This document shows, piece by piece, positions 1-13,004 of a stretch of 64,000 bases of DNA. The notes below the pieces were generated by a model that saw nothing but the letters and a program-made list of their open reading frames with translations, ran no database searches and was not told where the DNA came from. The DNA lies in assembly GCA_009602725.1 (NCBI GenBank), contig WELB01000013.1:421380-485379 (forward strand). The letters are read 5' to 3'. Position 1 is the stretch's first letter; every line of letters starts with the position of its first letter. The stretch comes from Spirogloea muscicola. Its lineage: Eukaryota. The position numbers and the translations under genes were made by a program.

Positions 1-70
1 GAGCGAGGGAGGGAGGGAGGGAGGGAGGGAGGGAGGGAGGGAGGGAGGGAGGGAGGGAGGGAGGGAGGGA
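1..70 (+). repeat. (GGGA)n microsatellite, probably intronic in EIN3
   Basis: Uninterrupted gagg/ggga tetranucleotide run at the window start. Confidence 0.95.
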
Positions 71-137
71 ATCTGCTGAGCCGCGCCTTCTGGTGCTCCC
101 CTATTGACGTAGGTGGGAGGTTGGCCGGTCTCCGCAG

Positions 138-1775
138 GATACGACTCTGGGATCTCTGCTTTCAGCACTGATGCAGCACTGCCAGCCGCCACAACGGCGG
201 TACCCGCTGGAGAAGGGCCAGGCGCCGCCGTGGTGGCCCACCGGCAGGGAGTGCTGGTGGAGCGAGGTGCTTTCCACATGAGCATCTCAATATGCTTTGT
301 GAGCCAGCGGTGGCGTCTCTTATGGCAGGCACATAAGTTCATTGCTAAATTGCAACTGGCTGCTGCAACTTGACCGAGGCTCGTCGCATGGTTGGCACAG
401 CTCGGTCTTGCGCCCGGTGAAGAGGCGCCACCATACCGCAAGCCGCACGACCTGAAGAAGGCGTGGAAGGTCTGCGTCCTCACGGCAGTCATCAAGCACA
501 TGTCGCCCGACGTAGCCAACATCCGGCGCCTTGTTCGCCAGTCGAAGTGCCTCCAGGTGGGTGTTAGCTATCCTACTAATAGTTGCAATGCAGAACTATG
601 CACTTATATCACTTCATGACACTTTGGAGTGGCTCGCCAGGTCCGTTGCTAAAATAGGTGGCTCGCTTGCGCAGGACAAGATGACAGCACGCGAGAGCGC
701 CACATGGCTGGCCGTGCTGCAGCAGGAAGAGGCGAGCGCGGCACGGCGCCGCCCGCAGCCCTCGGCGTCGACGGTCATCCCAGCACCCAAGGGCGAGAGC
801 AGCACGGCTGACAACAGTCCCAACGAATACGACGTCGGCGGTGCGGCGGCCCTTGGCAGCGGCAGTGCAGACCTTGCCGCCAGCAGCAGCAACTCCAGCA
901 GCGGCGCGGCGGAGCAGGTGGACGGCTGGGGCACATCTCCGATGTCTTCCGCACCAGAGTTAGTGGAGGCACAGAGGGCGGGTAAGCGGCGCCGAGAGGT
1001 CCTGCTGGGGAGGACCATGCAGGTCGGCGAGCAGCGGCGGCAAGCCACAGCCTACGAAGATGGCGGCGTCACTGGGCAAGCGCCGCCGCAGGAAGTCCCA
1101 GGAGCTCGTCCAGCGGCGGCTCTCACGGGCGCGGTTGCGATGAGCCGGCCAGCGGTGGCGACGACGGGCCATCAGCAGCTGCTGTTCGTGTGCCCGCATG
1201 AGGGCTGCCCCCACCACAGCTGGCACCGCAGCTTCCAAGATCAGCCGTCGTGCGCAGCGCACCAGAGCTCGTGCCCGTACGCCCCCGAGCACCGAGCCGG
1301 CAATGGTGCCAGCAGCTTCCAGCAGCAGCTGCTCTCAGCGCACCCGGCATACAACCACGGTGCCGGCGCCAGCGGCCGCGGCGGCGGCGTTGTTGTGCAC
1401 CCTCTGGCCGTGTACAGTGGCAGCTTGCACGATGCCGCCAGCCCGGGCTTCTTCGGCCACCAGCCAGCCTATGCGCCATATCCCGTGGCTCCTTCGCCAG
1501 CCGCACCGCACCAGCCGTGGCAACCGAGGGCATCGGCGGCTGGTGAGGCGGGCTTTCCTGGCGCCAGCGTGGACCTGGCGGTGCTGCTGCCACCCAGGCA
1601 GCTGCAGGTTGGGGAAGCTTCCCATGCTCAATTTGCCGGGGCGCCAGACCACACTCCACATGGTGCTGCCACCAGCAATGGGTTGCAGCCGCTACCAAGC
1701 TATGAAGCTGGCCTAGATGGCTTCAGGCTGAAGCAGCCACTGTACAGGGGAGTGCCGGCACTGGCTGCGGCGGAG

Positions 1776-1808
<33 letters not shown>

Positions 1809-1846
1809 AGCGGAGACGGCTGCATCAGCACTGAGCGCCAGCTGCA

Positions 1847-1886
<40 letters not shown>

Positions 1887-2138
1887 CCGGAGGCCGCCCT
1901 TATGGAGTTGGCGTGGGAGACTTCGCCAGAAGCCCGGCAGCCGCTGGCTGATGAGCCGCATTTCCACTCGCCAGAGTCCAACCAGCTGGCGTCCCCCCTT
2001 GGTGCGCTTGACGGCAGCGGTGGGCCGGCAGGAGCCATGGTCGTCAACGCCGGCATGGACAGCTTGGGGGCCCTCATTCCTGGTGGTGGCCTCGACACCT
2101 TTCTGGACGAGGACCTTATATGGTACTTCGGTTCCTGA
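138..2138 (+). CDS. EIN3: EIN3/EIL ethylene-signalling transcription factor, 5' part outside the window; exons about 138-266, 401-557, 675-2138
   Basis: Spliced GT-AG translation gives [62 protein letters not shown]...[27 protein letters not shown] (EIN3 DNA-binding domain). It also has a C..CP...HQ..CPY motif, polyQ and C-terminal LIWYF. Confidence 0.95.
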
Positions 2139-3035
2139 AGCTGGCTGTGGCAAAGTTGGCGCTGTCCTTGAAAGGCAAAGCCCTCCCAGTTTTCACCACA
2201 TAAGGTTGAGTAGGACTTGGATCTTGCCATCTTACCCCGAAAACGTCCATCTTACTGTTGACTATACAAGCAAACTTCTGCTCACCTTAGATTTTACGTC
2301 TTCTTTAGCTCCAGATTGAGTCTGGAGTTTGACTGACTCCTCTGATCAGTATTCCAAGTAAGAATACCGATGTCAGGGTCTAACTTGTCGTTAAAGTGCA
2401 AAAGCTGCCCTTGTCAGACAAGTATATCATTGGACTGTACAATTCCAGCAGATGAGTTCTGTGCGTAGCAATCATTATTACATGCAGCAGGGCCAAGGAG
2501 AGTGTTCTCAATCTGGCATCGGCCGGGGAAATTGTCAGCATGCAAGCCCCCAGCTGCTAGTGTGGTTGATGATGAGAGCAGCCCTTGCACCAGGAGTTGC
2601 CATTGCTCTTGCTGCATGGCGCAGCAATCCTACAGGTGGCCATTGAAACAGCTCAAAACATGACCACAGTTCCATGAACAACGATACAGGTGCAAGCAGT
2701 CCTGCTTTTACTTGTAGATTCTGACCACCAAGTCTGTGTGGGCACGAGAGAGTCAAAGGGAGGTGGACATCAGCAGGCCAACACCTTCATAAAATCATTA
2801 TATGGTGCATTCTCCATGACCAGGAATCAAGCTAAGATTTCATCTCGAAGCTGCTTGTCCTGTAGCTGCATGTTGATTTCTGCATCCAATCTGCAGTGGG
2901 GCACAAGGACTCGAGGACCTTTGACTTGGCAATACTGCTACTGACTGCGAGCGAATGCTTCACTGAGGGGCTGTGAGAAGGTGATATTTGTACACAACCA
3001 CTGCCTGGGCAAGGAAGCTGGCTTAGCGTGGAAGG

Positions 3036-5187
3036 TCAGAATTGCAGCTGCGCGGACTCCTTGCGGCGGCGCTTGACGGGCTCCCCAACCCCGTCGTGCC
3101 GCCGTCCCATGGGGCCTCCACCCCGATGCCGCATGTCCCACATGCCGCCACCGTCGCCATTGGCCTCCTCGGTCCATTCACCACCCCACCCTCTCTCAGG
3201 CGTGACCCTCCCCTCTCCGTACTCGCTGCCGGGGTCATCGGAGCGGCGCATGCGCTCCATCATCTCTTCCCTCTCCCACGACTCCATGCCGCCGCCGTTG
3301 GCAGCACCGCCGACGCCGCCGATGCCGACGCCGCCGGCCCGCCCGAAGAAGGCGGGGTTGATGTGCGGCGCGACGCCGGGCAGGCCCGGAGGGAAGGCGG
3401 GCGGCCCCGCCATGCCGGCCATGCCACCGTACAGCGGCGCGCGCATGGGATTGTACATGCCCATGCCGAGGCCCATGCCGAAGCCGCGGCCCGGCATCGG
3501 CCCATAGCCAGTGGCAGCAGGGTCGAAGTTGCCGCCGGCCATCATGCCGGCAGGGCCCATCGGGTTGCCCAGGCCGAAGGGCCCCGCCAGCAGCGGCCCT
3601 CTGCCGCCGCCACCGCCGCCGCCGCCGCCAGGCGGCCTTCCCCCGCGGCCAGCTGCAGCAGCGCCGCCTGCTCCCGGTCTGCCACCGGATTGCTGGCTGC
3701 TGCGGCTGGCAGCTCCTTGCTTGGCATACCCCGCCCGCCCGCCCTGGTCCGCTCTGCCCCTTGCACCCTGCCCATTGCCACGCTGCGACCCCTGCTGCTG
3801 GCCCCCACCTGCGGCCAGCGCCGCCATTTGCTTGATGGACTGCGGCGTGGCAAAGGCCACGATGCAGGGCCGGCCCTGGAAGGAGCGGCCGTGCATGCCC
3901 TCCTTGCACGCCCTCGCTGCAGCTGCATCCTCAAAGTCAACCTGACGAACAAAAGCAAGCAAGACAAACCTGCTGGTTAAAATTTTCACTTGTATTCCAA
4001 AGTTGCATACGGACTCTTAAGTCTTCTCATGTCAATGTAGGGACTTCTGCTTACAGTATATAAAATCAGAGCAAACTACCACGCAGATATGCAATGCGAC
4101 CAGGACCTGCACCAGGGGCCAGTACCTGGCAAAAGCCCTTGCACTTGCCGCTGGCCTTCTCCTCGAAGAACTTGAGGTTTTTGACGCGTCCGTACTCGGA
4201 CAGGGCTGATTCGAGCTCAGTGTCGCTGCGCCCGGAGAAGGAGGGGGAGGATGAGCTTACTGTGAAGCAATTTCTACCTAAGGTGCTGAAGTCTTCTAAA
4301 ATACTGGTGTGCCCTAGTAGCACGAGATTGTCAGCTTGCCCACCACTCAGAGTACGTGAGGCGCAGCTGCAGGGGTTATGAGCAGTCGGCCATCTCAATT
4401 TTGCACATTTGTGGTAATGGATTATGCAGCAGCTACGAGGCAGGGCAGTAACTCACGTGCTCCACCAATTGAGCTCCCCAACAAAGAGCACGGTACCGCC
4501 GCCGGATGGCGCGGCACCCCGTGCGCCGGCCGCCTGCCCAGCCCGCTGCTCCTGCGAGCTCTGAGGGGCAGCCCCCCCGCCTTCCCCAACGGCGGGGGAT
4601 GCAGAGGTAGTGTCAGCGGCGGCGGCGCCTGCCACTGGAGGAGCGCCGGCCGGGCTGGCGGCCAGCTTCACAGCCTCTGTCGATGGCGGCGGCACGCGCG
4701 GGAAGCCGAGGTGGACGTCCTCGTAGAGGTCCAAACCGTCGTCGCCGTCGGCGCCGTCGTCGTCCTCGTCCTCGTCCTGCTGCTCCTCCTCGTCGCCCTC
4801 GTCCCCGTCCTCCTCCTCCTCCTCCACGTCGTCCTCCTGGAGCGCTCCCCCGCCATCAATGTCGGCTCCACTGACGGTCGTCGGCTGCAAGCCATTGCCA
4901 TCATCCTCGGCCTCCGCAGCCGCGTCCAACCTCCCGGAGGCTTCTCCCAGGCCCTCCCCAGCCTCGTCCTTGACCACGTCGCCGCCACCGCCACCATCAC
5001 TGCGAGAGGCTGCCTGGAACTGGAAGCTGTCCACAGCGTCGTCGTCGTCATTGTCCTCCTCATCACCGCCGCCGCCGCCGCCGTCGCCGCCGCCGCCGTT
5101 GTCGGCGTCCTCCGCGGCTCCTGGCGCCGCCTCCTCATCGTCGAGCAGCTCCTCCTTGACCCTCGCTGGGCCGCCGGCCTCGCTCAT
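3036..5187 (-). CDS. RRM protein, CFIm68/CFIm59 (CPSF6/7)-like; exons about 5187-4457, 4225-4126, 3941-3036
   Basis: Acidic N-terminus, then LFVGELNWWSTDTELESALSEYGRVKNLKFFEEKASGKCKGFCQVDF...CKEGMHGRSFQGRPCIVAFA, then a Gly/Pro/Met-rich region with PHINPAFF, as in plant CFIm large subunits. Confidence 0.85.
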
Positions 5188-5300
5188 GGCCGGCCCGACG
5201 GCCCTCGGAGCCGCGCCACCGGCGCGGAAGTAGGAGGCCCGCCACAGCCGACGCCTCGGCGGGCTTCTCAGCTAGCGCCACGCCGCGCTCCAACGCCGCT

Positions 5301-5348
<48 letters not shown>

Positions 5349-5414
5349 CGCTTGGTGCTCGGACGCTTGTGCCTCCTCCCTGACCTGCTCTCGCCACTCG
5401 TCTTCTACAACCCT

Positions 5415-5756
5415 TGGGAAGAAGCAGCTCGTGGGAGAGCCACTTCTCTTCCCAAAGGGCGCGGGGGCCTTCCGGGTGTAGGATACGCTTTTCACAGCCC
5501 TTGCCCCCGTCGGGAGTGCCACTTCTCTTTTCACAGCCCCCGCCCCCCGCCTCCCGAAGCCACCGAAAGAAAGTGCTCGCCCATAGAGAAGAGGGGCTGG
5601 CCCATTGAGATAGGAAGAAAGTGCTCGCCCATAGAGAAGAGGAAATGGCAAAGCCAGCCTAAATAAGAATGGACAATGTTGAGATGGGGCCTGAAAAAGC
5701 CAGCCCAAAAAGAAGGAACAAAGTACGGCTGGCCCATTGAGGATAGGGGCTGGAAG
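5415..5756. mobile_element. Mosaic of very short 3'-terminal fragments of CRE-like retroelements in a bidirectional promoter
   Basis: Pieces such as tgggagagccacttctctt, cttttcacagcccttgccccc..gggagtgccacttc and, on the other strand, gctcgcccatagagaagagg, aaagccagcccaaaaaga and cccattgaggataggggctggaa match the 3' ends of longer elements elsewhere in the window. Confidence 0.8.
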
Positions 5757-5824
5757 TGGGTCCTCCCCTAGCCAGAGCACCGCCCTGTACTGCAAGCGTC
5801 ATTTCTTTCCCCGGCCTCGCCGCC

Positions 5825-8800
5825 ATGGCCGGGACGGCGCACGCCGGCGACGGCGACCGAGGGTGGGAGGCTGCACTGAGGGCCCTGTCCACGCTGATCA
5901 CCCGGAGGAAGCGCGCCGACGGGTCCAACTGGGGCGACGCCTTCTCTCTCATGCTCGACTACGGCAGAGTGAGTCCGGCCTACCTTGCACTGGCTCAGCA
6001 AGCACCTGCTGCTCCAGACGCCAAGCAGCATATAACACTCTGCACCACCAATGTGAAGGCGTGATGGCTGTGGCGCAGTCCTAGCAATGTCCTTGCCCTC
6101 ATCTGTCACAGCTGAAGGTCATCGATAGCCTTCTTGGTTACAGATGTTGGAGTTGGACGAGTCCCTGGCTCGACTGAGCATCATTCACGTGGCCGGCACA
6201 AAGGGGAAGGTGCATGCAGCGTGCTACCTTCCTTATCAACATATCCCGTTGCCACCTGTACAATGTAGCCTCCGCACCCGAACGAACGACCGAGATTCTC
6301 GTCAAACGTGCCTGCAGCTCGCTCTTGTCCACCAACTGTCCGCAGGTGGCCCTAGAGAGGCAAGCTTTGCAGTTGTCTTCTGCCGGAACACCAACACTGT
6401 CACTTGGGGGCAACATACCCCTAGATACCAGGACAGAGTTATGAGCTAAAGTGGTGGGGTTATGTACTGCTTCAGGGTTCAACATGTGCCTTTGCTGAAA
6501 GCATCTTGAGAGCCTGTGGACTTCGCACAGGGATGTTCACCTCCCCACACCTTATCGATATTCGCGAGCGCTTCCGCTTCGATGGGTAAATACCACTCAC
6601 CTACTTTACTATAAACACCCACCTTGCTATCTCAATGTGGACTTTCTCGTTTGTGTGCATTCTAAGGAGGCCGTGGAGTCCCCTTGACAGCACTTTGGTC
6701 CTGGGAAAGAATGTATTGTATGTGCGGAGCACTCGCATACTGAAACTAGCACCTAGGGCTCATTGGCTGCACATTTGTCTTGGACAGATGGCACGTGCAA
6801 GAGTAGGCGTGAGTCTGCAACTTCTCAGTCTGCAACTTTCCTGAATGAGCTCATTGCCCGTCTGTACATCACCTGACATGGACAGGGTTGAGGTTGGCAA
6901 GGAGGTCTTTCTGAGCCACTTTTGGTGGTGTTGGGACAAGCTGCAGGTCTCTCTCGATGTCCTTTGATGGCCTTGCTTGTACTCTGCTAGGCTGAAGAGC
7001 CTCTGCTTCTGAACTCAAGTATGATCGATTCTTTTGCTGTCTCTGAGCAGAAGTCAACCTTGGTTGAGAGTGTACCAATGCCAGCCTATTTTCGTTTCTT
7101 GACCCTGTTGGCCTTTCGCATTTTTGCAGAGGAGAAGGTAAATGATCTCCAGATTTTATGCATCCGCTCCTTCTCCAATGTGACCTGTAATGGATCAACA
7201 GCAGCATTTGCATGATATTGTATATTTCTTGTTGTACTTGACTACTACATGCATGACATGAGAAGCATCGAGATAATCATGTATGGCCATGGACATCTGG
7301 CAGGTAGATGTCTTGCTTCTAGAAGTGGGGATTGGTGGTCGCTTTGACGCAACCAACGTTGTAAGACACCTATTCCTCGTTAAGAAGGGTGCTACTTGGG
7401 CATCTCAAGATCGACTGTGTTTTGATGTTGTGCTAGATCTCGGACATGTTCCTCCTTCACTCAGAACGTCTATGAAGCCATCTTCCTGATTGATCAATTA
7501 TAATCTGATGCCTATAGCTGCTGTGTTGCAGGTTCAAAGGCCTGCAGTATGTGGCATCACATCCCTTGGTTTTGACCACACAGAGCTCCTTGGTAAGCAC
7601 CAGACAAGCACGGAGACTAAGAACTACATTTTATATGTGGACAGGCTTGACCCAGGTCTGATTCGCTGGACTGATAAGATGACCACAGCAGTGCCTGGAT
7701 GCAGGTGACACATTGCCTGCCATTGCTCGTGAGAAGGCTGGCATATTCAAGGTTGAGCTCCTGCACCCCTTGTGGCCCAGTCAAGAAGTGCATGAGGCAG
7801 TGCCTGTTTTGGCCAAGTGCTCCTCAGGATTCTTGTGACTGCCCATGCCAGCATTTCCTCTTTGCCTCAAGCATGCATGTGCTTATGACTTAGGACATGA
7901 ATCATGAGGTGCATTGTTAGAGTCAGGTGCTGGTTTGCAATCTAAAATATTAGCATTTTCCAAGTTCTTAATGTTTGAGTGGCCGGCAGTTTATGTGTAC
8001 ACTAGCATATGCAGGAGAATGTTCCTGCCATAACTGCTCCACAGCCTGCCGACGCTCTTGCCGCTCTTCGTCAACGAGCGGATGAAGTGGGAGTAAGCAG
8101 ACCTGCTCTCACAGCTCATGACATGTGAGAAGCACTTGGTGTGCCTTTGTGTACAAAGGGAGACCATTTGGTCATTAGTGCAACATAGCCATGTCGTGCA
8201 TCTTCAGAGCCAAGCGAGTAGTACCAAGCAGGTAACATTATGTTGCCACCGTACAGGAGAGTAAGGGCCTGGCACAGACTTTGAGCTGTACTGTTCGCAG
8301 AATGCATACTTGCTGAAAAGAAGAAAACTCGCTTCTTGCAGATTGACCTGCAAATAGCTCCCTCACTAGATGATATCCTGGATCAAATGAGCCTTGGCCT
8401 TGCCGGTGAACATCAGCGTGTGAATGCGTCACTAGCAGTTGCGCTTTGCAGGGCTTGGGCTGCTCAGACAGAGCGTCAAGATCATGTCACCGCTTTTGAT
8501 GAGGTGACAAGTTTCACTGTTAGGATCTTGCATAAAGAAGGCATGCAAACACCACTTGTAAGCCAGGTATGCAGCAGTGACATTCCAGTCCAGCAGATTT
8601 TACCATCTGCTGGAAGCCTAGGCTGTGCTGCCCAGCTAATGTGAGCTACGTTGACCTTGCGCCTGTCGCAGGCGATGAGAGCTCGGCATCTGCCAGAATC
8701 TTACAAGCAGGGGCTGACCTCTGCGCGATGGCCTGGCCGAGCTCAAGTCGTTGATGATACGAATGGCCGAGGTATACCAGGTTTCACCTTCTTCTTGGAT

Positions 8801-10210
8801 GGGGCACATACTCCTGAGAGCATGGAAGTATGTGCTCGGTGGTTTTCTCAAGAGACTAAGAAAGAGCAAGTTCGTTGGGAGAAGGAGTACAAAGAGAACC
8901 ACAGCTCCACAACGACGGTTGATTACGAACAGCAATCGACTTACTTAACATGCGAAAGAGTGAGCCTTTACAATGTTAAGAGCTCAAGCAATTGTTTATT
9001 GACAGAGAAGGGGGCTCGCCGGTCAATAGTACTAATTGTAACTGGGCTACAATACAATGTACGCTATCACTTCCTCTCCTCCTGTCCTGTGCATTGCCCA
9101 CATCATCTGCACATTCTCGGTAGCAGATTCTGCTTTTCAACTGCATGCCCGAGCGGGATCCTGCAAAGCTCCTGCCTCCTCTTCTGCAAACCATGCAAAA
9201 CCACGGTACAATTTGCCACCCTCCTTTCCACTTGACTTGTTGTAGGCAACCGCTGTGCCTCCTTCAGTACGTCAGCAGCTCAAGACATGTTGAAGTTTCT
9301 CGATTGGCCTGATATCTGCTGCGTGTCAAACAGCTTGGCTGTGGAGTGGTCATGAAGATTTTCTGGTGTGGCAATGTTGTGCAGGGACCAGGCTAGATAG
9401 GGCGCTCTTTGTACCAACGTTCTCCAGCTACAGTGCAGTTGGCTCTTTCACATCTCCTGTGTCATCCTCCTCCGCTTCCTCACCACCTGATCTTACCTGG
9501 CAGCTGTCTCTCCAGCAAGTCTGGGAGTCTGCAATTTGCACTACCTCAAGAATTCCTGGTAAGTCTCACCTGGCAAAGGAAGCTTTGCAGCAACTTATGT
9601 CTTGCCCCTAATTGTCCAGCAAGACGGCATAGTCGAGTTCTGCAGCAATTGACATTTCTGCACGACTTTGGTTTGCAATTCAAAGCACTCTATCATTGTG
9701 CACTCTGCCAATCACCACTTACTGTGTGCATCGCTGCTTTCAGGTTCTCAAGATGTTCAGCCTGTTAAGCAGATGCCACAGGACTTTCTCTCCTGCACTT
9801 TACCTCACAGCAACAGCTCTTCCACAACTCCCCAACTGCTTACTTTACCAGCTTGCAGCAATTTTGTAGGTCGCACCAGTGCCGTGATGCCGTCTCTTCC
9901 AGCTGCTCTTGACTACCTCAGGAGCTGTAGCAGGCTACGTCGCCCCAATACAAGATTGCAGGTTGGCGGATAGAAAGTTGTCTGTGATCTTTCTAGAGTG
10001 CAAGGGATGCTTGCTTCGATGGTGGTATCGAATTATGGGCATCATAGCAGGAGGCTACATGCCTTGACCAAGCAAGCTGCATGACAGTCTGGTGCAACCA
10101 CTTGCACAGCCGGCATTAATTTGTGGACTTCCCCCTTCTGTTCATCTTAACAGGTCCTGGTGACCGGCTCTCTACACCTTATTGGAGACCTGCTTAGACT
10201 ACTTCATTAA
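5825..10210 (+). CDS. FPGS: Folylpolyglutamate synthase (multi-exon)
   Basis: [109 protein letters not shown]. Confidence 0.95.
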
Positions 10211-10713
10211 GTGGTGACCAGTCTTCTCTGAGTTAGCTTGTCCATGGTGCACAATGCCCTGTATAGGCAGTTACAAAATCAGGATTTGCAATGCTCGTCC
10301 TGAATCAAAATGGTAGGACGAATGCAAAATTGACTTCCAACTCTTTCCTTTTGGTCTAACTGCTCCCCTTCTACTACACTATGTGGTCAATGGTCAACGT
10401 GTCTGTTGATGTGGTGTCTAATGTACTGAAGGTCTTGAACACACTAGTCCTGAGCTATGCACCCTTCAGAGCAAAAACACTTTTGAGCAAATCACCTCCA
10501 AGCCATAACTTGCTGCTTGCTGCCTGGCGAGCTCGCACGGGTAGGCTTGCACTTTACTACATACAAGCACAATCTGTAACACTTGTGCTGATAGACTGTT
10601 GTCTTTGCTTGAGCTGAAGTCTCCTGATGTTGAGCGCTGCCATCCTGAAAAGACAATGTGGACAAATGAATCTGGTGACCTGACTACAGAAGGCCAGCCG
10701 TGGTTGTCCATAT

Positions 10714-12760
10714 TCACTTTGCCTTCTCCTTGCGCGCTTCCTGAAGGGCAGACGGCTTCATCTGTTCTTCTGGCTTGACTGCCGGTGCATTATACAGCAA
10801 CTCCTTCGGAACAGCTTCCATAATCTGGCCACAAACCAACAGCAGGATGTTTGAGTGTCAGGACCCTTTTATTTGAGTAACGAAATCAGGCAGCTTCAGC
10901 ACAGTATCTAATGAAGATGGCCAACTCCTGCATCAAGCAAGATATGCAGTAGGATTTCATCGTCGAATATCGCGCAAGCATGTGCATGTGTAAAGCCGAC
11001 TCACAAGCTGGCTTGCTGGCTTGCCCTCCAACCGCCTCGTCATCAACATGGAGCGCATCTGCAGGAACATGAGCTCGGGAGCAAAGATGCGGTACAGCAG
11101 GAGCGTGCTGAACCAATGCGGGATGACGACGTAGTGCTGGTTGCGGATGGCAGCCTGGAACATGACCTCTGCACACGTCTCTGGCTTCGCCATGGGAAGT
11201 GGTCCAATAACCGCCTGTGATCAGCAAATCCATCAATCATGTCCACCGTAAGTGTGGCCTTTACAGACACTTTATAATGCACGTCTTTGTGCCACAATAA
11301 AGTCCTTGTGGTGTGCCGGAGATACTCAATGGTGCCTACATCGCGCCGTCCTGTGTCGACCACCATCTCGCCCTTCTCATCCACAAATTTCCCGGCTGTC
11401 AGCTCAGTGGCAATCGGCCCAGGCATGGCCTGCGTTATGGTGATGTCTGCTCCAACTGGCTCACACCTCATCGTGTCAAAGTGCTGTAGCACTGCAGCTT
11501 TGGATGCCTGCATGCAACAATTCAGGTTGGGGTCTGAGCAAGCAGCTTGCATGGTGCTTCTCTCCAGCATCAAGCAAGCACAAAAATAAGGAGCATGGCT
11601 GCAACATTCTGTCCACAAGCGCGCCGACTAAATTGCACCACAAGGTCGAACAAGGCCTCACATTGTAGATGTTCTGAGCTGGAATTGGTATGAAGGACAC
11701 AATGGAGTTGGTGATTAGAATCTGGCCCTTGACACGACGCAGGTGTGGAAGCGCATAGAAAGTTGGAAGCACAGCTCCCCAGTAGATCGTGTCCTGTGTA
11801 GCAGAGCATGGATGGAGGAAGTGAGCAGGATGGAAGCTGTGTGCTACCATGCATGGAGAGAAGGAAGGGACTGTCGCTGGTGGGAGTACGCACCCAGACT
11901 GGCTTAAATGCACCACAATTCTCTGCATCCTCGAAAAGGAAAGCGTTGGAGATGCCAGCATTGAGAACCAAGACATCCACTGCAGCCGCCAGCAAGCATA
12001 GCATGTCAGAAACCCTTTGCTCCTTCGACGGTCATCAGCGACAAGCTACTGTCATCGGCGAAACTCAAGTAACTGAACTCTGGCTAAAGATTTGCTCTGT
12101 GTCTCCACATCGAGATAGTTTGTCCGAGCTGCGCAGCTCTACACAGGCAAGGCAGTCAATGCTGACATCTCTTGAAGTGCGCGATCGTGAAGTCAATCAG
12201 CTTCTTGCAGTCGTCCTCGATGGCCACGTCTGAGGCAAAGGAGACGGCCTCTGGGGAACCCTTGAGCCAGCACTGCTGCGCCACGTTCTTGAGGTCCTCC
12301 TCTCGCCGCGCGGCGAGGACGAGCTTCGCGCCGCGCTTGGCGTACGCGTAAGCCAGGTGCTGCAGGCTCCAACCCGACCGAGGTGAGCTGATTGTGATAT
12401 GGGTCAGGCCACGACTAGCTCAGAAAGGAGGCTAAGCTATGGCGGCCTTGTTGGGCTCATCTGCACCATGAGCAGGGGATCACGGCAAGCTGGAAATGTG
12501 GTGGCAGGAGCTCGCGTGCATGCAAGGTTGGGACGAGCGGCCAGCGGCGCAGCGCCCACCTCGCCGATGCCGGAGGACGCGCCGGTGATGACGACCACGC
12601 GGTTGGCCACCTGGCGGTTGCGGCGGACGACCCACGAGAGAGCGCACAGGACGGCCAGGACGGGCCAGGCGAAGGCGAGCAGCAGCAGCGCCAGCGGTAG
12701 CAGCGTCACGTTGAGCAGCGCGTTGAGGGCGTCCGGCGAGGTCGCAGGCAGCAGCCCCAT
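10714..12760 (-). CDS. 11-beta-hydroxysteroid dehydrogenase-like SDR (steroleosin/HSD type); upstream in-frame ATGs at 12862 and 12907
   Basis: Hydrophobic Pro-containing N-terminal anchor, VVVITGASSGIGE, AYAKRGAKLVLAARR, VLNAGI, IYN/ASKAA (YxxxK after splicing). Confidence 0.88.
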
Positions 12761-13004
12761 GGCGGCGGGCGGCGGCGGCGAGCTCCGCTTCTCGGCGGCG
12801 GTGGCGGCGGGCGAGAGGAGGAGGCGAGGAGCAGTGCTGTAGCTGGAGCTGGAGGTGGGCATGGAGGCGGAGGCGGAGGCCGAGGCGGAGCTCTGCGGGG
12901 CGCGCATGGCGCCCGGGGCGCGCCGTGTGCATGGCGGGCCTGGCCCGGGTCCACGTGGGGAGCAGGCCGGATGTGGCGGCCTCCGTTCGCTTCCCCTGGA
13001 ACAT

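Noticed and set aside
3028..5481. Long plus-strand ORFs (3042-3980, 4378-5481) and similar overlapping ORFs window-wide
   Set aside because: Shadow ORFs of GC-rich coding sequence and GCC repeats on the opposite strand.
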